Shown here: piece by piece, positions 25,647-32,000 of the stretch | Position numbering within the stretch: position 1 is the stretch's first letter | Layout of the letters: every line of letters begins with the position of its first letter | Assembly (NCBI RefSeq): GCF_000012905.2 | Contig: NC_007494.2 | Location: 810,001-842,000, forward strand | Length of the DNA stretch: 32,000 nt | Source: Cereibacter sphaeroides 2.4.1 | GTDB lineage: Bacteria > Pseudomonadota > Alphaproteobacteria > Rhodobacterales > Rhodobacteraceae | Direction: 5' to 3' | The notes under the pieces: model-generated | Told to the model about the DNA's origin: nothing | The model's input: the letters and a program-made list of their open reading frames with translations, nothing else | Databases searched by the model: none | Made by a program: the position numbers and the translations under genes

Positions 25647-28540
25647 CAGGGTGTCTCCTTCCGCTCTGTCTCTTTCTCCTCGGCGTCCTGCTCGCGCAGT
25701 CGCGCCGAGCGCAGCGTCTGGTGCGCGATGGCGATCAGCATGAGGACGGTGGCCCCCATTACCAGCGCATAGACGCCGAGATCGAAGACGAGCGCGGTGG
25801 CGGCCGGCACCTTGCCCACCAGCGGCAGCTCGACATAGCGGGCATGGGCCGTCAGGAACGGATAGCCGAAGAGCCAGGCGCCCATGCCGGTCCCGCCCGC
25901 GACGAGGAGCCCCGCCCCCATCCAGCGGATCGGCAGCACCGTCAGGCGCATCTCGATCCAGCGCACGTTCGTCGCGAGATACTGGAGCAGGAAGGCAATG
26001 GCGAGCGTGACCCCGGCCGAGAAGCCGCCGCCCGGCAGGTCATGGCCGCGGAAGAAGAGATAGGCCGACATCACGATCAGCGCCGGGAACATCCACTGCA
26101 TGATGACCGAGGGCACGAACATGTAATCCTGCAGCGCCTCGGCCTCCTCGCCGCGCTGCTCGTCGGGGATCGAGGCGCTCTCGGAGGCGGGACGGAAGCG
26201 GCGCAGGAGCGCATAGACCGTGAGCCCCACCACCGCGAGGACGGTGATCTCGCCGAACGTGTCGAAGGCGCGGAAATCGACGAGGATCACGTTCACCACA
26301 TTGGTGCCGCCGCCCTCGTGATAGGCGTTGCGCAGGAACCAGTCGCCGATGTTGGGGATGAGCGGCCGGGTCATCACCACATAGGCCAGCGCCGCGAGCC
26401 CCGCGCCCGAGACGCCCGCGATGATGAAGTCGCGCCCGCGGCGCAGCCGCGCGGGCAGAAGCCTGTCGGCCGCGATCTCCTCGCGCCGCTTGGGCAGCCA
26501 GCGCAGGCCCAACAGCAGCAGCGCCGTGGTCACTATCTCGACCAGAAGCTGGGTGACGGCCAGATCGGGCGCCGAGAACCAGACGAAGGTGAGACAGGTC
26601 ACGAGCCCCGCGCCGCCGAGCAGCACGAGCGCCGCGAACCGGTGATATTTCGCCTGCCACGCCGCGCCCACGGCACAGGCCACGCCCACCGCCCACATGA
26701 GCGCGAAGCTCAGGCTGACCGGCGTGGCGCGCGCCCGCTCGACCGGCGCCAGATGGCCCCACATGACGGCGGTCGCGGCGCCGAGCGCCAGCAGCACCAT
26801 CAGCCGCAGCTGCGGCTGCAGCCGCTCGGTGCCCACGACCCGGTAGATCCGGCGCGGCCATGTCCAGCTCAGCCGCAGGAGCAGCCATTCGTAGACCTTC
26901 TGCGCGCGGATGCGGTGCAGGAGGGGCGGCCCCTCCGGCCCCGCCGCGATCCGGCTGCCGAGAAGCGCATAGAGCAGGATGCCCAGGGCCAGAGCCACCA
27001 GGCTCATGACGAGCGGCGCGTTGATCCCGTGCCAGATCGCGATCGAGGTATAGGGCGTGTCCGGCCCCATCACCGACCGCGCCGCGAGGTTCAGCGTGGG
27101 CCCGAGGGTGAGGCCCGGCAGGATCCCCACCACGAGGCAGACCGCGACCAGCAGTTCGACCGGACGGCGCATCCAGGGCTGCGGCTCGTGCGGCACCTTC
27201 GGCAGGTCCACCGGCGGCGGGCCGAAGAAGACCGTCGCGATGAAGCGCAGCGAATAGGCCACCGAGAAGACGCTCGCGAAGGTCGCGAGATAGGGCAGCA
27301 TGTCGTCGAGCCAGGTGCCGTTGTGCCAGTCCACCGCCTCGGCGAAGAACATCTCCTTGGACAGGAACCCGTTCAGGAGCGGCACGCCTGCCATGGCGGC
27401 GGCCGCCACGATGGCGAGCGTGCCCGTCACCGGCATCAGCCGCATGAGGCCGCTCAGCCGGCGCATGTCGCGCGTGCCGCTCTCGTGGTCGATGATGCCG
27501 GCGGCCATGAAGAGCGAGGCCTTGAAGACCGCATGGTTGGCGATGTGGAAGATGGCCGCGAGGATCGCGCCCGAGCTGCCGATGCCCGCAAGCGCGGTGA
27601 TGAGGCCCAGATGGCTGATGGTGGAATAGGCCAGAAGCCCCTTCAGGTCGTGCCGGAAGAGCGCGACGACCGACCCCACGATCAGCGTGAGCATCCCCGT
27701 GCCGGTCACGGCGTAGAACCACAGTTCGGTGCCGCCCAGCGCCGGGGTGAAGCGAATGAGCAGGAAGACCCCCGCCTTCACCATGGTGGCCGAATGGAGA
27801 TAGGCCGAGACCGGCGTCGGCGCGGCCATCGCGCCCGGCAGCCAGAAATGGAACGGGACCTGCGCCGATTTGGTGAAGGCGCCCAGCAGGAACAGGCCCA
27901 GCACCAGCGGATAGGCCCCATGGGCGCGGATGAGGTCTCCCGAGGCCAGAACCCGGTCGAGATCGTAACTGCCCGCGATCCGGCCCAGGAGCAGCATCGC
28001 GGCGAGCAGACACAGCCCGCCGGCCGCCGTCACGACGAGCGCCGTCCGCGCCCCGTCGCGCGCTGCGGGCGTCTGGTGCCAGTAGCCGACCAGAAGGAAG
28101 GACAGGATCGAGGTCAGCTCCCAGAAGACCACGAGCAGGAGGATGTTGCCCGACAGGAGCATCCCCATCATGGCGCCGGTGAAGGCCATGAGGAAGGAAT
28201 AGAACCGCGGCACCGGATCGGACTTCGACAGGTAGTAGCGGGCGTAGATCACCACGAGCCCGCCGATGGCGGCGACAAGGGTCACGAACATCCAGGCGAA
28301 CCCGTCGAGGCGGATGTCGAGCCCCAGCCCCAGCGACGGCACCCAGTCGAGGCTCGCGCGCAGCACCTGCCCCTCGGCGATCGCGGGATGGAGCGCCGCG
28401 AGGATCGCCAGCGCCCCCGCCAGAACCAGCCCCGATACCGCCGCCGCCGCATTATGCGCGTTCACGGGCAGGCTGGCCGCAACGAGCGCGCCGAGAAACG
28501 GCAGCGTCACGAGGATCAGGAGCAGGTTCTGTTCGATCAT
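25646..28540 (-). CDS. mrpA: Na+(K+)/H+ antiporter fused subunit A/B (MrpA-MrpB fusion, PhaA-type, NuoL/ND5-like)
   Basis: 964 aa. The N-terminal two thirds are NuoL-like (LVGYWHQ, WLPGAMAAPTPVSAYLHSATMVKAGVFLL). The C-terminal extension is the size of MrpB. This matches the group-2 six-gene Mrp architecture. Confidence 0.9.
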   Translation of the reverse strand: MIEQNLLLILVTLPFLGALVAASLPVNAHNAAAAVSGLVLAGALAILAALHPAIAEGQVLRASLDWVPSLGLGLDIRLDGFAWMFVTLVAAIGGLVVIYARYYLSKSDPVPRFYSFLMAFTGAMMGMLLSGNILLLVVFWELTSILSFLLVGYWHQTPAARDGARTALVVTAAGGLCLLAAMLLLGRIAGSYDLDRVLASGDLIRAHGAYPLVLGLFLLGAFTKSAQVPFHFWLPGAMAAPTPVSAYLHSATMVKAGVFLLIRFTPALGGTELWFYAVTGTGMLTLIVGSVVALFRHDLKGLLAYSTISHLGLITALAGIGSSGAILAAIFHIANHAVFKASLFMAAGIIDHESGTRDMRRLSGLMRLMPVTGTLAIVAAAAMAGVPLLNGFLSKEMFFAEAVDWHNGTWLDDMLPYLATFASVFSVAYSLRFIATVFFGPPPVDLPKVPHEPQPWMRRPVELLVAVCLVVGILPGLTLGPTLNLAARSVMGPDTPYTSIAIWHGINAPLVMSLVALALGILLYALLGSRIAAGPEGPPLLHRIRAQKVYEWLLLRLSWTWPRRIYRVVGTERLQPQLRLMVLLALGAATAVMWGHLAPVERARATPVSLSFALMWAVGVACAVGAAWQAKYHRFAALVLLGGAGLVTCLTFVWFSAPDLAVTQLLVEIVTTALLLLGLRWLPKRREEIAADRLLPARLRRGRDFIIAGVSGAGLAALAYVVMTRPLIPNIGDWFLRNAYHEGGGTNVVNVILVDFRAFDTFGEITVLAVVGLTVYALLRRFRPASESASIPDEQRGEEAEALQDYMFVPSVIMQWMFPALIVMSAYLFFRGHDLPGGGFSAGVTLAIAFLLQYLATNVRWIEMRLTVLPIRWMGAGLLVAGGTGMGAWLFGYPFLTAHARYVELPLVGKVPAATALVFDLGVYALVMGATVLMLIAIAHQTLRSARLREQDAEEKETERKETP

Positions 28541-28859
28541 GCGGGGCCGGGATCCTTTCCGTGCTGGGGCGTTCGAGGGCCGGTCCTTCCGCAGGACGCA
28601 GCGCAGGCGCGCCTGCCGTGAAACCGGGGCGCGAAAGCGGGCATCTGCCGGGAAAACCGATGCCCCTCCTATGGATGGGAAGACCCCTGCGGATCAAGTC
28701 TTTGCAGGTCACGAAAAGTAATCTCGCAGAGGAAAATGCGGATCCGCGCCGGCAGGGCGGCCTCCGGGCGCCTTCAGACGCGCGCGCCCGGGCATGAGTT
28801 GACAGCCGGCAACCGGCGCTTCATGGCTGGAGGGTGCGACAGGATGTCCGGAGGAGCCC

Positions 28860-29915
28860 ATGACCGACCGACCCGCGAGCGAACCGAGGCTCACCTCGCT
28901 GTCCCATGGCGGCGGCTGCGGCTGCAAGATCGCGCCCGGCGTGCTGGCCGAGCTTCTGCGCGCGGCGCCCGCCCTGCCGGTGCCGGCCGATCTTCTGGTG
29001 GGCACCGCCACCTCGGACGATGCCGCCGTCTGGCGGCTGAACGACGAGCAGGCCCTCGTCGCCACGACCGATTTCTTCATGCCCATCGTGGACGACCCCT
29101 ACGACTTCGGCCGGATCGCCGCGACGAATGCGATCAGCGACGTCTATGCGATGGGCGGGCGGCCGATCCTTGCGCTGGCGCTGGTGGGCATGCCGATCTC
29201 GGTCCTCTCGAAAGAGACCATCGGCCGGATCCTCGAAGGGGGCGCTGCGGCCTGTGCCGCCGCCGGTATTCCGATCGCCGGCGGCCACACCATCGATTCC
29301 GTCGAGCCGATCTACGGTCTCGTGGCGCTGGGGCTCGTCCATCCCGACCGCGTGCGGCTGAATGCGGGCGCACGCCCCGGCGACCGGCTGGTGCTGGGCA
29401 AGCCCATCGGCACCGGCATCCTCTCGGCCGCGCTGAAGAAGGAGGCCCTCGATGCCGCGGGCTATGCCGAGATGATCGCCACCACCACCCGGCTCAACAC
29501 GCCGGGGCCGGATCTGGCCGAGCTTCCGGGCGTGCATGCGCTGACCGACGTGACCGGCTTCGGCCTCGGCGGGCACGGGCTCGAGATGGCGCGGGGCGCA
29601 GGCGCGCGGCTCCGGATCGACTGGGCGCGGGTGCCGGTCATGCCCACGGTGCGGGGCCTGCTCGCGCAGGGCTTCGTCACCGGAGCCTCGGGGCGGAACT
29701 GGGACAGCTACGGCGCAGGCATCGCGCTGCCCGCAGACTTTCCGGTGCCCGAGCGGGCGCTCCTCACCGACCCGCAGACGAGCGGCGGGCTCCTCGTGGC
29801 CTGCGCGCCGGACAGCGTGGGCGAGGTGCTCGCCACCTTCGCCCGCCACGGGTTCGAGGCCGCGGCCGAGATCGGCACGGTGGAAGAGGGCCCCGCGGAG
29901 CTCGTGATCGGCTGA
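28860..29915 (+). CDS. selD: Selenide, water dikinase (selenophosphate synthetase) SelD, Cys-type
   Basis: 351 aa. The N-terminal LTSLSHGGGCGCKIAPGVL equals the SelD active-site loop (E. coli SHGAGCGCKI), with Cys rather than Sec. It has an AIR-synthase-like fold (DDAAV, TTDFF, DPYDFGRIAATNAISDVYAMGG). A GGAGGAG lies 4 nt upstream of the ATG. Confidence 0.92.
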   Translation: MTDRPASEPRLTSLSHGGGCGCKIAPGVLAELLRAAPALPVPADLLVGTATSDDAAVWRLNDEQALVATTDFFMPIVDDPYDFGRIAATNAISDVYAMGGRPILALALVGMPISVLSKETIGRILEGGAAACAAAGIPIAGGHTIDSVEPIYGLVALGLVHPDRVRLNAGARPGDRLVLGKPIGTGILSAALKKEALDAAGYAEMIATTTRLNTPGPDLAELPGVHALTDVTGFGLGGHGLEMARGAGARLRIDWARVPVMPTVRGLLAQGFVTGASGRNWDSYGAGIALPADFPVPERALLTDPQTSGGLLVACAPDSVGEVLATFARHGFEAAAEIGTVEEGPAELVIG

Positions 29916-29919
29916 CGCT

Positions 29920-29941
29920 CGGCGGGGCGCGCGCCCCGCCG
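29920..29941. terminator. Perfect 22-nt GC palindrome between convergent genes
   Basis: CGGCGGGGCG-CG-CGCCCCGCCG starts 5 nt after the selD stop and lies 46 nt before the stop of the minus-strand gene at 29987. There is no U-tract. Confidence 0.55.
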
Positions 29942-29986
29942 GGGACACCGATCCGCGCGGGGTGCGACGCAGCCCGCCGAAGCGTC

Positions 29987-30424
29987 TCAGGCCACTTCGA
30001 AGGTCGCGTAGGGATTGAGGCAGGCGGTGGGGCCGATGAAGCTCACCTCCTCGTCCGGTCCCGACCGCATGGCGATGTCGGTCATCCGCACCGCATCGCC
30101 GAGGATATGCCGCTCGAACTGTTCGAGCCGCGCGGCGCGGTCGTCGGGCAGCATCTCCATCGCGGGGTCCTCGAGGCCGGTCTGGTAGGCGGTGGCATAG
30201 GCCGCCGCCAGCTTCCACGGCGGCGCGATCCACGGACGCTGCGCCACGCTGGCCGCGGTCAGCGCCTCGACCTCCGCCTCCTCCATCCGGAGCGGCCCGA
30301 AATGGCGCTCGAGCACGGCGCGGACCAGATCCTCGGGCCGGCGGGTGATCGCATAGCCCCCCGCCGCGGCGAGGGCGGCGGTGGCTCCGGCCAGCTGGAG
30401 GGCGCGGCGGCGGCTCAGTCTCAT
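29987..30424 (-). CDS. Tat-signal small subunit associated with the GMC oxidoreductase (gluconate 2-dehydrogenase subunit-3-like role, family not verified)
   Basis: 145 aa. The twin-arginine signal is MRLSRRRALQLAGATAALAAAGG. A GGAG lies 6 nt upstream of the ATG. The start is 11 nt downstream of the GMC gene stop on the same strand. Confidence 0.6.
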   Translation of the reverse strand: MRLSRRRALQLAGATAALAAAGGYAITRRPEDLVRAVLERHFGPLRMEEAEVEALTAASVAQRPWIAPPWKLAAAYATAYQTGLEDPAMEMLPDDRAARLEQFERHILGDAVRMTDIAMRSGPDEEVSFIGPTACLNPYATFEVA

Positions 30425-30435
30425 GGGCGGCTCCG

Positions 30436-31887
30436 TCAGATCAGAAGGTCGGCGGCGCGCAGCGACAGCGCGGCGGCGGTGAGCGAGGGGTTGGCGGCCG
30501 AGCAGGTGGGGAAGGTGCTGGTGCCCACCACCACCAGATTGCGCAGCCGGTGATGGACAAGGCCCGCATCCACCACGGACGTGGCCGGATCGGATCCCAT
30601 CCGCAGCGTGCCCTGCAGGTGGCTCTCGGTCTCGCGGATGCCGTGGTCGAGGATCTTCTCGACCGGCAGCGGCGCGAGCAGTTCGGGCAGCGCGGCCTTG
30701 GCCCGCTCCATCCCGCGCAGCGCATAATCCGAGGGTCCGTGATAGTCGACGAAGGCCCGCCCCTCGCCATCCAGCGTCACGCGGTTGCGGTCCTCGGGCA
30801 GGTCTTCGGTCACGATCACGAGCGGCAGGGTCTGGCGCATCCGCTCGGCCCCGAGCCGCATCCCGTGCGACCAGCGATTCTCGAAATAGACCAGCGCCGC
30901 GCCCCGATCCTTGCGGTGCGGCCCGTCGTAGAGGCCGAAGTCGAGCCCCGTCGTGATGGTGCTGCCGCCGAAATTGTCGACCCCGTCGAGCCAGGCCTCC
31001 ATCGACCAGCCGTAGGATTCGTGCAGCCCCACGCCGGTCAGCCCGCCGCCCAGATCCGAGCGCAGAAGGATCGCCGGGCTGTGGATCGCGTTCGCGCCGA
31101 GCACGAAGAGATCGCCCGTCACCTTATGCTCGCGCCCGTCGGGGCCGCGGATCACCGCCGCCGAGATCGATGAGCCCGCCGCCTCGAAGCGGCGCACCTC
31201 CGTCTCGAGGCAGAGGGTCACGCCCGGCGTCTCGTAGAGCGGCACGAGCGAATTGTTCGCCGTGAACTTCGCATCCGCCGGACAGATCTGGCAGCGCAGT
31301 GAGGCGCAGCAGGCCGCGCGCGTCTCGGTGGCGATGCGGGCCCGCGCGGTCGGCATCACGAAATGGCTGTCGGGCCGCGCCGCCTTCATCAGCCGGTCGG
31401 GATCGGGCATCACATGCGGCGGCTGCGGGAAGGGACGCGAGCGCGGCATGACCTGCGCCATGTCGGGATCGCCCGAAACCGCCATGATTTCCTCGGCCTC
31501 GCACCAGTAGGGTTCGAGATCGTCGTAGGAGACGGGCCAGTCCTGCGCCACGCCGTGATCGGTCCCGAGCCGGAAATCCGCCGGATGGAGGCGCGGCGTC
31601 TGGGCGAACCAGCAGTTGGTGCCTCCGCCGAATCCGATGGTGAAGTTCCAGGGCTTCTCGGAGTTGGTGGCGTAGGTGTCGCTGTCGGTCACGGGCGAAT
31701 TCCGCCCTTCCTCCAGCTGCCAGTCGTGTGTCGAATGCCGACCCCATTCCAGGACGAGGACCCGCCGCCCCGGCTGGCGCAGCAGCCGATGCAGGAAGAA
31801 CGAGGAGCCGAAGCCCGAGCCCACAATAATCACATCGAAATGTTCGCCGGCGACGCTCTCGGGCGGAGCCAGGTTCATAAGATTCAT
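30436..31887 (-). CDS. GMC-family FAD-dependent oxidoreductase
   Basis: The N-terminal FAD fold is FDVIIVGSGFGSSFF. The C-terminal GMC motifs are HLQGTLRMG and NLVVVGTSTFPT. No signal peptide is present. The start is probably the second ATG at 31878 (AGGAG 9 nt upstream), because the AGGAG abuts the first ATG at 31887. Confidence 0.85.
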   Translation of the reverse strand: MNLMNLAPPESVAGEHFDVIIVGSGFGSSFFLHRLLRQPGRRVLVLEWGRHSTHDWQLEEGRNSPVTDSDTYATNSEKPWNFTIGFGGGTNCWFAQTPRLHPADFRLGTDHGVAQDWPVSYDDLEPYWCEAEEIMAVSGDPDMAQVMPRSRPFPQPPHVMPDPDRLMKAARPDSHFVMPTARARIATETRAACCASLRCQICPADAKFTANNSLVPLYETPGVTLCLETEVRRFEAAGSSISAAVIRGPDGREHKVTGDLFVLGANAIHSPAILLRSDLGGGLTGVGLHESYGWSMEAWLDGVDNFGGSTITTGLDFGLYDGPHRKDRGAALVYFENRWSHGMRLGAERMRQTLPLVIVTEDLPEDRNRVTLDGEGRAFVDYHGPSDYALRGMERAKAALPELLAPLPVEKILDHGIRETESHLQGTLRMGSDPATSVVDAGLVHHRLRNLVVVGTSTFPTCSAANPSLTAAALSLRAADLLI

Positions 31888-32000
31888 CTCCTAGTTATTG
31901 CTTGCCACCTTGGGGCGAGCGGCGGGAAACTGTCCAGACCTGCCCCCGTGGATCGGCAAGGCTTTGCCGGCCCGGTTTGCAACCGCAGCATGATTGTGCT

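Noticed and set aside
25721-28621. Very long ORFs on the strand opposite to, or out of frame with, recognised genes. Examples are 25721-28621 (+, 966 aa), 23752-25446 (+, 564 aa), 14179-16620 (-, 813 aa), 14046-15866 (+, 606 aa), 18287-20566 (+, 759 aa), 16124-18058 (-, 644 aa), 5327-7090 (-, 587 aa), 28736-30553 (+, 605 aa), 1033-2460 (-, 475 aa), 7860-9308 (-, 482 aa) and 12100-13584 (-, 494 aa).
   Set aside because: Their translations are dominated by Arg, Gly, Pro, Ala, His and Asp with no recognisable motifs. Each overlaps a gene with clear family signatures. Stop codons are rare in non-coding frames of such GC-rich DNA, so these are shadow ORFs.
28639-28665. The hairpin GGGCATC-N13-GATGCCC in the mrp leader/selD upstream region, together with the GCGGATC/GATCCGC pair at 28689-28747.
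   Set aside because: The stems are short with large loops. No conserved riboswitch or sRNA architecture is recognisable, so the evidence is insufficient.
28799-28827. A TTGACA hexamer 56 nt upstream of the selD start, considered as a possible -35 element.
   Set aside because: The sequence at 17-nt spacing is CATGGC, which is not a credible -10. Alphaproteobacterial promoters cannot be called reliably by eye.
1-32000. A whole-window look for CRISPR arrays, insertion sequences, integrases, toxin-antitoxin pairs, defence-system genes, and selenoprotein genes interrupted by in-frame TGA.
   Set aside because: None was seen. Every ORF longer than about 90 aa with coding-like composition is accounted for by the metabolic, transport and chemotaxis genes listed. 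Short repeats found by eye are GC hairpins only. A computational repeat and HMM scan would be needed to exclude small or degenerate elements.

Overview
All calls below come from reading the sequence and the supplied ORF track by eye, with no searches or computations run. The window is 32 kb of very GC-rich, densely coding bacterial DNA. Composition and gene content look alphaproteobacterial, Rhodobacteraceae-like, but this is unverified. I support 30 protein-coding genes and found no rRNA, tRNA, CRISPR array, transposase, integrase or phage gene.

Gene content from left to right:
- **1-6819:** the end of a sugar-type ABC importer, translationally coupled to a phosphotriesterase-related (Php-like) hydrolase and a GATase1-like protein. 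These are followed by a ribokinase-like kinase, a BtpA/SgcQ protein, a TenA-like protein and an M20 deacylase.
- **7189-10983:** a sulfate/thiosulfate ABC importer in the unusual order cysA-cysP-cysT-cysW, behind an AT-rich island that carries a repeated palindrome.
- **11073-17902:** a LacI-regulated polyol locus, probably for ribitol. It has a binding protein, a half-size ATPase, a permease, an RbtD-like dehydrogenase and an FGGY pentulose kinase.
- **17994-18521:** an orphan 175-aa protein.
- **18828-20519:** a type II NADH dehydrogenase fused to a C-terminal cyclic-nucleotide-binding domain.
- **20554-22215:** a methyl-accepting chemotaxis protein.
- **22477-28540:** a six-gene Mrp/Pha cation:proton antiporter operon with fused MrpA/B.
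- **28860-29915:** selD.
- **29987-31887:** a GMC flavoprotein with a Tat-signal small subunit.

Most of this is ordinary metabolism. The two items most worth follow-up are the uncharacterised Php / GATase-like / PfkB / BtpA / TenA / M20 module and the NDH-2::cNMP-binding fusion with its divergent orphan neighbour. Many very long ORFs in the track are antisense or out-of-frame shadows typical of high-GC DNA and were rejected.
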